Assembly (NCBI GenBank): GCA_963713845.1
Contig: CAVQNJ010000025.1
Coordinates: forward strand, 169,417-233,416
Origin: an uncultured Alphaproteobacteria bacterium
GTDB lineage: Bacteria > Pseudomonadota > Alphaproteobacteria > Rhizobiales > Beijerinckiaceae
DNA: 64,000 nt
Direction: 5' to 3'
Shown: piece by piece, positions 1 to 10,176 of the stretch
How positions within the stretch are numbered: the first letter of the stretch is position 1
Layout of the letters: the number at the start of each line of letters is the position of its first letter
Made by a program: the position numbers and the translations under genes
Notes under the pieces: generated by a model
Seen by the model: the letters and a program-made list of their open reading frames with translations, nothing else
Told to the model about the DNA's origin: nothing
Database searches by the model: none

Positions 1-792
1 TGGCGTCAAGGCGGTATCCAATACGCCACCGCCGTCGTCTCGCGACCGCAGACAGGCGCGATCGCGTTGACGCCGGTCGCGGCCATCGCGAAGGTTTCGG
101 GCAACGTCGCGGCGATCCTTTGCGAAAGAAGCACCGCCGTCGTCGCTGATCAGCTCTGCGCCAAACTCGATTCTGGTCCGCTTGAACAGAATGTCGCGCG
201 TGCGAAGGCTGCGCTTGAATCGGCGGTGAAAGCGCGTGAGGCAAGCTTGCGCGCCGCGACGCAGTCCCGCGAAGCAGCCGAGCGCATAGGGCGGCGACAA
301 TCCCGGACAACACAAACGCGCGCGGCGCTGGAGAAGGCGAAGGTCGTCCTGGAGCGCTCGCAGAAAAGCGCGGACGAGGATCAAGCCGCCCTCGAGCGTG
401 CTGAGGCAGCGCTCTCTGACGCCAAAGGTCGTCTCGCACAGGCCAGCATATTGGCTCCGGTCGCGGGAACCGTTATAGCTACGGCTCCGTTGGGAACTGA
501 GGTCGAGAGCGGAAAAGGGCCGGCGGTCTTTGTTGTCGCCCCGTCCGAGGGCGGCGGCGCCCGACGCTTGCAGATCAAGGCGGCTGCGGCCGATTACGGC
601 GCAAGACGCGCCGTCCGGGAGCAAGGCCTGGCCCCCCTCCCGGAGGGTTGGTCTCGCGTCTGGGTGTTACGTGACGGGACGGCTGAGCCGGTCAAGGTGC
701 GATTGGCCGACGGAGAAGGCGGGTATTTCGAGGTTATCGAAGGCCAATTGTCGGAGGGCGATCTCGTCGTGGTGGACGAGAGCGGAAGCTGA
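1..792 (+). CDS. Efflux RND/HlyD-family periplasmic adaptor subunit (5' end outside window)
   Basis: Frame open from base 1; lipoyl-like halves (KVSGNVAAI...ILAPVAGTVI) flank a long Ala/Glu/Arg coiled coil; C-terminal VEGQLSEGDLVV-type motif. Confidence 0.75.
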   Translation, partial: WRQGGIQYATAVVSRPQTGAIALTPVAAIAKVSGNVAAILCERSTAVVADQLCAKLDSGPLEQNVARAKAALESAVKAREASLRAATQSREAAERIGRRQSRTTQTRAALEKAKVVLERSQKSADEDQAALERAEAALSDAKGRLAQASILAPVAGTVIATAPLGTEVESGKGPAVFVVAPSEGGGARRLQIKAAAADYGARRAVREQGLAPLPEGWSRVWVLRDGTAEPVKVRLADGEGGYFEVIEGQLSEGDLVVVDESGS

Positions 793-947
793 CGGTACAA
801 GAGCGAGATCCGATCGCGAGATTGAGGAGATCTGCAAAGGTCGCACTCTGAGATTGCCGGCGACCGGCCGCACGCCAGTGGAAGAGAGACGACTCCGAAC
901 CGCCATTCATCTTAGTGGCCGAGCAAATATGCGAGGACGAAACCATC

Positions 948-1484
948 ATGACGAACGAAACCGATCTTACCGGATCCCGGCCCAGCGGCGCGGTGACATG
1001 GCTTCGCGCTCGTTTGCCTTACCTTATTGTGTTGATCCTTGCGATCATCGGCGTGGGCTACACGAGCATGTCGGGTCGCCCACTCTATGGCTATTGGGAG
1101 TTTCTGGCGCTAGCGATTGGCCTCGCCTGCATCTCCATCGGCTGGAGACAAACCAATGACAAAGCCGAGCGCAGGCGGATTCTCGTTACGCAGTCCCTCC
1201 ATTGGCTCGCATTTTTGATCGCGATGGGCATTGTCTTGCTGCCGATGGTGAACACGTTTCTGAACGGTCCTGCGACGGGCCTTGCATTGATGCTGCTGCT
1301 TGCGCTTGGAACCTTCGTCGCGGGCGTGCATGTTTCCTGGGATATCGCCGTTTTGGGCATTGTGCTTGCGCTCACTGTTCCTGCGCTGGCGTGGCTGAAG
1401 CAATCCGCGCTGATCTTGGTTCTCGTCGGGCTTGTGATCGGTGGGTTCGCCATCGCCTTCAGGCCGCAAAAAAGCGGCGCATGA
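948..1484 (+). CDS. Hypothetical integral membrane protein (~6 hydrophobic segments)
   Basis: GAGGA RBS before ATG 948; hydrophobic helices throughout. Confidence 0.7.
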   Translation: MTNETDLTGSRPSGAVTWLRARLPYLIVLILAIIGVGYTSMSGRPLYGYWEFLALAIGLACISIGWRQTNDKAERRRILVTQSLHWLAFLIAMGIVLLPMVNTFLNGPATGLALMLLLALGTFVAGVHVSWDIAVLGIVLALTVPALAWLKQSALILVLVGLVIGGFAIAFRPQKSGA

Positions 1485-1503
1485 TTTCAAGAGGTGCGGC
1501 AAA

Positions 1504-2772
1504 ATGAACTCCGGCGCGTCGGTCAGTCTCCACTCGCTTGCCTGGAGGGGGCGCGCCACCACGATAATCCTACTCATTGGCATTGTTTGCGCTGGCGCGC
1601 TGGCAGGGTGCGCGCCGCCATCGGCGTTCTGGAGCCGGTTGACGCTGCAACTCCGGGCGCCACGCGTCTCGATATCCTTGTCGAGACGACGAGAGCGCCC
1701 TCCGCGGACAGAGGCCTGATGTTTTCGGGCGAGCGCGGTCAAACGTCGGTATCAAGCGTTGTCGTCTCGATTCCGCCCGATGAACGACGTCAGACCGGGC
1801 GTGTGCAATGGCCGCAGCAAACGCCGCCAGATCCGACGACTGAATTCGCGCTGACGCGCGCCGTCGCCCTGACCGACTCGGCGCAGGTTGAGAGCTGGCT
1901 GCACAAACATGCACTAAAGAACCATCGCGTTCTTGTGTTCGTCCATGGATTCAATACGCGGTTCGAGAGCGCGTTGTTTAGTTTCGCGCAGATTTTCCAC
2001 GAATTCAGGCGCGGACGCCGCACCCGTGCTTTTCAGTTGGCCCTCGCGGGGCAGCCTTTTCGAATATTCCTATGACCGCGAGAGCGCGAACATCTCTCGC
2101 GACGCGCTCGAGCAGTTGCTTACGCGCCTCGCGGAGAGCCCTATGGTCGGCGAAGTCACGGTGCTCGCCCATTCAATGGGCGCATGGCTGGCGATGAAAT
2201 CGCTGCGCCAGATGGCGATCCGACATGGCAGGATTCCCCCGCGAATTCAGACTGTCATCCTCGCTTCGCCGGATCTGGATGTCGATGTCTTTCGCACTCA
2301 GTTGGTCGGCCTGGGAGAAAAGCGCCCGCGTTTCGTGGTTTTTGTGTCACGGCGGGATCGGGCGCTGCAATTCTCGCGAAGCATCGCGGGCAACGTCGAA
2401 CGGCTGGGGGTCATCGATCCGGAATCAAAGCCTTGGATTGGAGAAAAAGGCGTCGATGTTATCGATCTAACCGGCGTCGACACCAGCGATCTGACGCGGC
2501 ACAGCAAGTTTGCCGCCAATCCCGATGTCGTGAGGTTCCTCGGCGCGCAACTCATTAACGGCGAGTCCTTGCGGAACGCCCAGGGAGGCGCCGGAGAGCG
2601 TCTGGGCGGGACCGCGATGGGACTGGCGCAAGGCGTCGCGAGTTCCGCGTCATTAACCTTGAGCGCGCCAATCGCCATTGTCGATCCCGAAGTAAGGCGC
2701 GCGTACTCGAGCCAGTTCAACCAATTGAGGCAGGCTGTCGACAACGCGGTTGCCTCTGGTAAAGATTGGTGA
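1504..2772 (+). CDS. DUF900-type alpha/beta hydrolase, probable lipoprotein (frameshifted ~1610-1630 and ~2000)
   Basis: LAGC lipobox in ORF 1441-1719; VFVHGFN in ORF 1494-2075; FSWPSRG, AHSMG nucleophile, LASPDLD and HSKF in ORF 1933-2772. Confidence 0.75.
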
Positions 2773-2939
2773 GAGAGTTTGCCGTGAGCTTTTCGGCGCT
2801 CCATTGTTGAGAAAACGTTGCGCGCTCTCGGCGTTCGGGACCTGCGAGTGGCGAGGCGGGTGTCAGATCTGCACTTGGCTAAGCTCGCAGAACGCTGGGG
2901 ATGACGTCGCCGAACATTGATCGTTAAAAGGAGTGAAAC

Positions 2940-3425
2940 GTGTCCGATCTCGTCGTTATTGTTTATGAGACCGAGGCGAAAGCGGAGGAAATTCGCAAAA
3001 AACTGTTCGATCTGCAAAAGGAATATTTGATCGAACTGAGCGACGCGGCGATCGCGGTCAAGCAGCCCGACGGCAATGTGAAGCTCAATCAGGTCCTCAA
3101 TACAACGGCGGCTGGCGCTGCCTCTGGCGGGTTATGGGGACTTCTCATCGGCCTCATTTTTTTGAACCCTTTGCTCGGCGTCGCGCTCGGCGCGGCCTCT
3201 GGCGCGATCAGCGGCGCGTTGACCGACTACGGCGTCAATGACAAATTCATGAAAGACTTGTCCGAGTCGTTGAAGCCAGGCAACGCCGCGCTATTCCTGC
3301 TGGTCAGAAAGGTGACGGGCGATAAGGTCCTCGACGCCGTCAAAGGAACGGGCGGGACAGTCTTAAAAACCTCACTTGACGACAGTAAGGAAAAGGCGCT
3401 GCGAGATGCGCTGGCGGCGCGTTGA
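2940..3425 (+). CDS. DUF1269 family membrane protein
   Basis: AGGAG RBS; GAASGGLWGLLIGLIFLNPLLG glycine-zipper and DYGVND-F motif. Confidence 0.8.
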   Translation: MSDLVVIVYETEAKAEEIRKKLFDLQKEYLIELSDAAIAVKQPDGNVKLNQVLNTTAAGAASGGLWGLLIGLIFLNPLLGVALGAASGAISGALTDYGVNDKFMKDLSESLKPGNAALFLLVRKVTGDKVLDAVKGTGGTVLKTSLDDSKEKALRDALAAR

Positions 3426-3483
3426 CTGTTCCTGATGGGCGTCGTCGTCGTTGACGGCGCCCCTCGTCAAGCTCGGGGCCGCG

Positions 3484-4536
3484 ATGAAATTCACTTTTTC
3501 GCCGAAGGGAAACGATGCGTCTGGCGCCGCGCCGGTCAATTTTGCGTTGCGCTCTGCCATCGTGGCCGTCATTGTCGCGGCAATTGTCGCAGGAGCGATT
3601 ACTCTCTGGCGGCTCACCGATCTGCTGCCCATCATTTTCGCCACCATTCTGCTCGCCCTCGCGTGGCGCGGGACGGCTGATTTCGTCTCCCGGCGCACAG
3701 GTCTGCCATTCGCCTTGTCTCTTGTTTTTGTCGCGTTTGGCCTCGTCGCCGCAATTTATTTCTCGGCGTCTCTTTTCGGGGCGCAGCTTCTGGCGCAATA
3801 CGACGAAGTCGCGCTCGATATTCCCGCGGCCGTGGCTTTGATCGAACGCGTGATCGAAGAGCATCCGTGGGGGCGCTTTGTCGAGAAGGCGATGAGCCTC
3901 GATTTCTCCCAGGCGGCGGCGCCCGTCGCATATAAATTCGGCGAGGCGCTCGGATCTGTCGGCGGCGCATTGGGGATGTCGATCTTTGTCATCATCGGCG
4001 CGGCGTATCTCGCGGCTGATCCGGAAAGCGCCACTTCTGGCGCACTGGCGCTGACTCCACCCGAGCGGCGTGAAGACATGAGTAAATTTATCGGACGGTC
4101 CGGATCGGCCTTGCGCCAGTGGCTCGTGATTCAGCTCTATGTCGTGGGCATGAATGCGGCGTTTGCCGCGATCCTTCTTTGGGCGTTCAACGTTCCTGCT
4201 CCCCTGGCGATTGCGACGATCAGCGGCGCGCTTGCCTTCATCCCCTATTTTGGGTCCATCGTTGCCCTGGTCATCGCGGCGCTCGTCGCCCTTCCGCATG
4301 GCGCCGGGACAGCGGCGTTAGCGGCGCTCGCCGTGGGCGGCGCGAGTTTTGTCGAAGGTTACTTGATCACCCCCTATTTGCAGGGCAAGTCGCTCATGGT
4401 GCCCCCCGTCGCCCTGCTGTTTTTCATGCTCGTCTTCGGCACGCTGTTCGGCGCAATGGGCGTGGCTCTGGCGGTTCCGGCGACTGTCGTCGTCTTCACG
4501 GCCTGGGAAGCTTTCGGCCGAGGGCGCGCTGCATGA
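3484..4536 (+). CDS. AI-2E (UPF0118) family transporter
   Basis: Multi-TM protein with AFIPYFG, EGYLITPYL and GAMGVALAVP motifs. Confidence 0.85.
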   Translation: MKFTFSPKGNDASGAAPVNFALRSAIVAVIVAAIVAGAITLWRLTDLLPIIFATILLALAWRGTADFVSRRTGLPFALSLVFVAFGLVAAIYFSASLFGAQLLAQYDEVALDIPAAVALIERVIEEHPWGRFVEKAMSLDFSQAAAPVAYKFGEALGSVGGALGMSIFVIIGAAYLAADPESATSGALALTPPERREDMSKFIGRSGSALRQWLVIQLYVVGMNAAFAAILLWAFNVPAPLAIATISGALAFIPYFGSIVALVIAALVALPHGAGTAALAALAVGGASFVEGYLITPYLQGKSLMVPPVALLFFMLVFGTLFGAMGVALAVPATVVVFTAWEAFGRGRAA

Positions 4537-4648
4537 GCAAATCAGGGTCGACATATGCCTGGCCTCGAAGAATCCTACCGAATATCGGCCATCGCGGAAA
4601 CCGGGATCACGCCGCATTATAGCGCCTCGCGTTACTTGGGAGACAAGC

Positions 4649-5131
4649 ATGTTGTGTGTCTTCTGCCGAACGCTTGTTCTGTTGGTCACATGGTCGATCA
4701 TATCGGGAATCACGAAAGGTGATCTTGCGATCGGCGTCGTGACCGCAGCGGCGGCGGCGCTTGTGAGCGTGCGTTTGTCGCCTTGCGCAAGCGCCTACCC
4801 AAATCTGGCGGCATGCGTCATGATCGCTTTGCGGTTACCAATGAAGGCCATGGTTGCTGGCGCGGACGTCGCGCGCCGCGCGCTCCACCCCGGTTTACCG
4901 CTTGCCCCTGGATTCATTCCTTATAAATGCAGCCTTTCGCAAGGCCCAGGCCGCAATGCTTACTCGGCGCTCGTGTCAATGCTGCCCGGGAGCGTGCCGA
5001 TTGAAATCAACCGCGACGGCGACTTCCTGATCCATTGCCTTGACGCCAAACTGTCCGTTGCCGAAGGACTTGCACGCGAAGAAGCGGAATTTCGGACGGC
5101 CCTCTCCCTGGAGAACGCAAACAGTGACTGA
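4649..5131 (+). CDS. mrpE: Mrp/Mnh Na+/H+ antiporter subunit E-like
   Basis: SMLPGS...LIHCLD motif of MnhE; first gene of an overlapping operon. Confidence 0.75.
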   Translation: MLCVFCRTLVLLVTWSIISGITKGDLAIGVVTAAAAALVSVRLSPCASAYPNLAACVMIALRLPMKAMVAGADVARRALHPGLPLAPGFIPYKCSLSQGPGRNAYSALVSMLPGSVPIEINRDGDFLIHCLDAKLSVAEGLAREEAEFRTALSLENANSD

Positions 5132-5423
5132 GTTCCTATTTGCCGCCGCAGGATTCATTGTCGCGATAACGGCGGCAGGTCTTTTACAAATCCTCCGCGG
5201 GCCCACCGCCGTGGACCGTATGATGGCGACACAGTTGCTCGGCGCCGGCGGCGTCGCGGCGCTCTTGCTGGCTGAAATTCGCGGCTCCCGGGGAGCGATA
5301 GACGTCGCTCTCGTGCTCGCTCTTCTCGCCTCTATCTCAGGCGTCGCCTTCGTGATTGCGCCGTTCCGCAATGATCACGCCGACAACACACGGGATCGCT
5401 CAGAGGATGACGCTCGCGATTGA
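5124..5423 (+). CDS. mrpF: Mrp subunit F-like
   Basis: RGPTAVDRMM and DVALVLALL motifs; GTG overlaps the end of mrpE. Confidence 0.8.
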   Translation: MTEFLFAAAGFIVAITAAGLLQILRGPTAVDRMMATQLLGAGGVAALLLAEIRGSRGAIDVALVLALLASISGVAFVIAPFRNDHADNTRDRSEDDARD

Positions 5424-5700
5424 AACTTTCACTATTCTCTGTGTCTCGGCCGGGGTTTTCTTTTTTCTGGCGGGATTGATCGCGCTTCTGCGTTTTCCCG
5501 ATACGCTGACGAGACTTCATGCCCTTACCAAGGCCGACAGCCTCGGCCTCGGACTGGTCGTTCTTGGGTTGCTCCCCCAAAGCGAGGGACCCCTGTCGGC
5601 CGCAAAACTCGTCCTAGTCTGGGCCATTGCGCAGATCGGCGGCGCGACTCTCAGCCAATTGGTCGCGCACCTTGCGCATCAGGGACGCGCCAAGCAATGA
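5407..5700 (+). CDS. mrpG: Mrp subunit G-like
   Basis: RFPDTLTRLHALTKADSLG motif. Confidence 0.85.
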   Translation: MTLAIETFTILCVSAGVFFFLAGLIALLRFPDTLTRLHALTKADSLGLGLVVLGLLPQSEGPLSAAKLVLVWAIAQIGGATLSQLVAHLAHQGRAKQ

Positions 5701-6641
5701 CGATCTCGCTTGTGTTCGACGTGAGCTTGGCGTTTCTGACGCTGGCCGTCGCGGGTTTTGCGATCGCAGCGCGGGAGGTTTTCACGGCCGTCGTCGCGTT
5801 CATTTCTTACGGGTTGCTCTTGGCTCTCGTGTGGGTTCGCCTTTCGGCCGTCGACGTCGCGCTGACAGAGGCCGCGATTGGCGGCGGGGTCACTGGGGCG
5901 CTGCTTATCGGCGCCGCCGCGAAAGTTGGAGATGGCGATGTGGATGCGTCGCAACCTAACGGGCCTCTTGAAACCTTGCTGGTCGCGATTCTTTGCGCCG
6001 CGATATCGGTCGGCGTCGGCATCGCGTTTCTGTATCTGCCCGCGCAAGCCCCGACGCTCGCGCCTCTTGCCGTCGAGCATCTGAACTCTACCGGCCTTGG
6101 CAATCCCGTCACGGCGGTTCTGCTTTCCTACCGCGCGATCGACACCCTGCTTGAGTCGGTCGTGCTTGTCTTTGCGGTCGTCGGCGTGTGGTCCCTTGCC
6201 TCGGACCGTCACTGGGGCGGCAGTCCCGCCGCGCCAGGCAAACCCGATCCAGACGGGCCTCTCGTGTTCCTTGGGCAGATCCTTCCGCCGCTCGGCATTA
6301 TCGTCGGCGTCCACCTCGTCTGGACGGGCGCCACAGAGCCTGGCGGCGCTTTCCAGGGAGGCACGATACTGGCGGTCGTATGGATTCTCGTCATGATCGC
6401 GGGACTGGCGGAGGCCCCGCAGATCAATCGACCTTGGCTCAGATTCGCCCTCGTTGGTGGGCCAGCATTCTTCCTAGGCGTTGGCGTCGCCGGCTTCGGT
6501 ATCGCCAAAGCGTTCCTTGCCTACCCCGAGGGTTACGCAAAAGCCTTCATCCTCGTCATCGAGGCGGCGCTGACCATGTCCATCGCCGTCGCCCTAGGTC
6601 TCTTGGCCCTGGGCGCGCCGGAGCGGAGACCGCGCCCATGA
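5697..6641 (+). CDS. mrpB: DUF4040 + MnhB domain protein (MrpA C-terminal part fused to MrpB)
   Basis: DVALTEAAIGGG, NPVTAVLLSYRAIDTLLE and PGGAFQGG motifs. Confidence 0.8.
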   Translation: MTISLVFDVSLAFLTLAVAGFAIAAREVFTAVVAFISYGLLLALVWVRLSAVDVALTEAAIGGGVTGALLIGAAAKVGDGDVDASQPNGPLETLLVAILCAAISVGVGIAFLYLPAQAPTLAPLAVEHLNSTGLGNPVTAVLLSYRAIDTLLESVVLVFAVVGVWSLASDRHWGGSPAAPGKPDPDGPLVFLGQILPPLGIIVGVHLVWTGATEPGGAFQGGTILAVVWILVMIAGLAEAPQINRPWLRFALVGGPAFFLGVGVAGFGIAKAFLAYPEGYAKAFILVIEAALTMSIAVALGLLALGAPERRPRP

Positions 6642-6977
6642 ACGCGGTCACGCTCGCTGGCCTTGCCGGGGCCGCGCTCATCGGATTAGGTATTTTCGGT
6701 CTTATGACGCGCCGACACATCCTGCGAAAAATCATAGCGTTTAATGTCATCGGCGGTGGCGTGTTTCTTCTCTTCGGCGCGGTCGCGCGCAGAGGCGCGG
6801 CGTCCGGTCTTGGCGCGGATCCTGTGCCACAGGCGTTGGTAATTACCGGGATCGTCGTGGCCTTTTCCGCCACTGCGCTCGCCGTTGCGCTCCTTCTTCG
6901 ATATTTCAAAGAGACGGGTCACTCCTTTCCTGATCGACGACGCGGACGCTTCCGACTCCGATCGAGGGGTCGGATGA
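6638..6977 (+). CDS. mrpC: Mrp subunit C-like (NuoK homolog); probable 1-bp insertion near 6925 reads it through into mrpD
   Basis: DPVPQALVITGIVV motif; the shifted frame ends at TGA 6975-6977 overlapping ATG 6974. Confidence 0.8.
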
Positions 6978-8490
6978 CGCCGCTGCCCCAAATGCCATCG
7001 AGCGTCGAAGAGGCTCTGCTGCCCGCCGTCATTGCATTTCCTGTTGGCGCGATGCTTTTGTCCGTGGTTTTGGGCGGGCGCCGAGCGGAATACGTCGCCA
7101 TGATATTCATGCCGATCGGCCTTGCCCTGTCTGGCGCGATAGCTTTCAGCATATGGCGCGATCAACATCCGCTGGTTTACGTCATCGGCGGGTGGACGCC
7201 GCCGCTCGGCGTCGCCATACGCGCGGACGGCGTCTCCGCAGGCATGCTCGTTACGACCGCGCTGATCGCTTCGGCTGTTGGCGTTTTCGCGCGCGACGTT
7301 TTCAAGGTGAAGCCGGGCGAAGAGGAAGGTCGCGCGCAATTCGGTTTCTGGACCCTGCTTTTGGCGGTCTGGTCGGCGCTCGATTGCGTCTTCTTGGGCT
7401 GGGATCTGTTCAGCATCTACGTCGGCCTGGAGATGCTGACCTTCGCTGCTGCGCCCCTCGTCTGCTTGAAGGGGCAGAGAGAGACTTTCGTCGCAGCGAT
7501 GCGTTACCTTCTCTTCGCCCTCATGGGATCGGCGTTCTACTTACTTGGGGCGACGCTCATCTATGCAGCGTACGGGGCTTTGGACATCAGCGTCTTGTCG
7601 CAAAGGATCCAGGCAGAGCCCGCCGCCTGGGTTGCTCTTGGCGCAATGACCTCTGGTTTACTCGCGAAGACCGCACTCTTTCCCCTACATTTGTGGTTAC
7701 CGCCGGCGCATGCCGGGGCTGCGCCGCCTGCAAGCGCATTGCTGTCAGCGCTTGTCGTGAAGGGATCGTTTTTTGTGGTCGTTCGACTGTGGTTCGATCT
7801 GGTTCCCGCGCAGATGAGCGTCGGCTCCACGCAAATTCTCGCCGCTCTGGGATCGGCCGCCGTCTTCGCCGGAAGCCTTCTGGCGCTACGCCAGGAGCGT
7901 CTCAAACTGTTGGTCGCCTATTCAACTGTCGCCCAGATCGGATATTTGTTCCTGGCGTTTCCTATCGCGTCCTGAGCCAGGGCGGCGCAGCCGCCTGGAC
8001 CGGGGTCGGGCTGCAGGCCATTTCACATGCCTTCGCAAAAGCGGCGATGTTCCTTTCGGCGGGGCTGATCACTGACGCTCTCGGGCATGATCGCATTTCC
8101 GCCTTTCGGGGGCTCGCGCGTATCGCGCCGCAGCCGGTCCTCGCTTTTGCGTTGGCGAGTCTGTCGCTGATGGGCCTTCCGCCAAGCGGCGGATTCAATG
8201 CGAAATGGTTACTCCTGAGCGCCTCTGTGCAGAGCGACCACACGGCTTTGGCCCTCGTCCTGGTCATCGGAGGATTGTTGACGGCGGCCTACGTCTATCG
8301 CGTGATCGCCCCCGCGCTGGTTCCCGCAGAAAACGCTCACGGACGGTCTCGACGAGAACGTCGACGGAGAGGCTCCGTCATCGCATTGGCGCTGGCGTTC
8401 GCCGCCATTCTGTTGGGCTTCGCGCCGCCGCAACTTTCCTCACTGCTCAATGTCGGCGCGCCCGGCGCGACGATGGAAAGGTCGAAATGA
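6974..8490 (+). CDS. mrpD: Mrp subunit D-like proton-conducting membrane subunit (frameshift ~7970)
   Basis: DLFSIYVGLE, KTALFPLHLWLPPAH and AYSTVAQIGY, then HAFAKAAMF and GLPPSGGFNAKW in the next frame. Confidence 0.8.
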
Positions 8491-10133
8491 AGAACGCGAT
8501 TGTTCTTCACATGACTTTTGCCGACCGCCCCGAGACGCTCGCGATCGCGCTTCTCGCGCCGTTCGTGATTTTGTTCGCCTGTGCGACGACCGACCTGCGC
8601 AGATATGCGCGGGTCGGCCTGGTCGTCGCGCCCCTCTTTGCAATTCTCGCCGCATATTTCGCAGCCGACTCCGGGCCTCTGGTGCTGGACCAGATGATCT
8701 ACCCGATCGTCCTTGTTCTCGATCCTGCGGGCGCATTGCTGCTCGGCGTCACCGCGCTTTTGTGGACGTCCGCCGGCGTTTTCGCGGCCGACGATCTACG
8801 CAAAGCGAATCGGAACGCCGGATTTGTCGCCTTCTGGCTCGCGACTCTGTGCGGCAATATCGGCGTGTTCATGGCTGCGGATCTCGCGAGCTTCTACCTC
8901 TTCTTCGCGCTTGTCAGTCTCCCGGCCTATGGGCTGATCGACGCGCGCGCGCGCATGAATGGCGTAGGCGGCCTGTATGTGGCCGTTGCGCTCCTTGGCG
9001 AGGCTTTCTTGATTGCCGCTTTCGTGCTCCTCGCTTCGGCGGCGCCGGGTCAAAGCCTCCTTATCTCCGACGGAGTCGCAGCCCTCACGACCTCACCGTG
9101 GCGCAACGCGACGATCGCCCTGCTCATTCTGGGTTTTGGAACAAAGATCGGGCTTATTCCGCTGCACGTCTGGATGCCCTCGACCTATCGATCGACGCCG
9201 ACGCCCGCTGCGGCCGTCCTGAGTGGCGGCGCCGTCAATGCGGGCGTCATTGGTTTCCTTCGATTTCTCCCCTGGGGTCACGCTTTTCCCGAATGGGGCG
9301 ACGCGCTCGCCATTCTTGGAATGTTCGGCGCCTTTTATGGGGTCGCTGTCGGTCTCTCTCACAAGGACGCGAAGACCGTACTTGCCTATTCGAGCGTGAG
9401 CCAGATGGGTCTCGTTGTCGCGACGCTCGGCATGGGTCTGTCCGCGGGAAGCGCCGGCGCTGCGGCGGGCGCCGCCCTTTACGCAGCCCATCATGGGCTC
9501 GCGAAAGGCGGGTTGTTTCTTGCCGTCGCCATCTTGCCGAGATGCGCGCCGGCACAAAAGCGGTGGCTGGCGCCTTTCGCCGCATTGCTCGCCTTGAGTC
9601 TCGCCGGTCTGCCGATCTCGGGCGGAGTCGTCGCGAAACTTGCGATCAAAGACGCCATGGGCGATGGCGTCATGGGAGCGATGTCGACACTTTCAGCAAT
9701 AGCGACGACATTGCTGATGCTGCATTTTTTGCAGCGCGTCGCGGGGTTGAAAGCGGTGAGCGACGAGGCGCCGGGAGGCGCCCTCATTCTAAGCTGGCTC
9801 GCGCTTGTCGCCGCCTCGATCGCCGTTCCGGTCGCCTGCTATTTGTCAATGGAAAGCCGCGGTCTTGAGACGCTCAACATCAAGGTTATTTGGGACTCGC
9901 TTTGGCCCGTTCTGACCGGCGTGGCGCTCGCTGGCGGCGCACGTTATTGGCCGTATCGGCGGTGGAGCATCCGGGAGGACGAGTGGGGCGACTTCGTCAG
10001 GCGGATCGTGGGAAAAACCGCGAGCGCGGGCGCGATCGTCGTAAATGGCGACATGGTCTTGCGTAGATGGCCCGTAGCGGCGGCCGCGCTCCTGGCGATC
10101 GCGATCGCGATTTCTGCGACCGGATTGCTCTAA
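8487..10133 (+). CDS. Second MrpD/MrpA-like (NuoL/M, HyfB-type) antiporter subunit
   Basis: GFGTKIGLIPLHVWMP, LAYSSVSQMG and HHGLAKGGLF motifs; ATGA coupling to the preceding gene. Confidence 0.8.
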   Translation: MKNAIVLHMTFADRPETLAIALLAPFVILFACATTDLRRYARVGLVVAPLFAILAAYFAADSGPLVLDQMIYPIVLVLDPAGALLLGVTALLWTSAGVFAADDLRKANRNAGFVAFWLATLCGNIGVFMAADLASFYLFFALVSLPAYGLIDARARMNGVGGLYVAVALLGEAFLIAAFVLLASAAPGQSLLISDGVAALTTSPWRNATIALLILGFGTKIGLIPLHVWMPSTYRSTPTPAAAVLSGGAVNAGVIGFLRFLPWGHAFPEWGDALAILGMFGAFYGVAVGLSHKDAKTVLAYSSVSQMGLVVATLGMGLSAGSAGAAAGAALYAAHHGLAKGGLFLAVAILPRCAPAQKRWLAPFAALLALSLAGLPISGGVVAKLAIKDAMGDGVMGAMSTLSAIATTLLMLHFLQRVAGLKAVSDEAPGGALILSWLALVAASIAVPVACYLSMESRGLETLNIKVIWDSLWPVLTGVALAGGARYWPYRRWSIREDEWGDFVRRIVGKTASAGAIVVNGDMVLRRWPVAAAALLAIAIAISATGLL

Positions 10134-10176
10134 TATTGATTCGCGTCTGTTCTCACTATGTCGGCGCGGCCGCCAT

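Noticed and set aside
6188-7975. Apparent MrpC-MrpD fusion ORF (595 aa)
   Set aside because: An RBS plus ATGA stop/start overlap at 6974-6977 indicates two genes joined by a single-base indel
4649-10133. Complex I or hydrogenase-4 operon
   Set aside because: No NuoB/C/D/I/H-type or NiFe subunits nearby; MrpE/F/G are present
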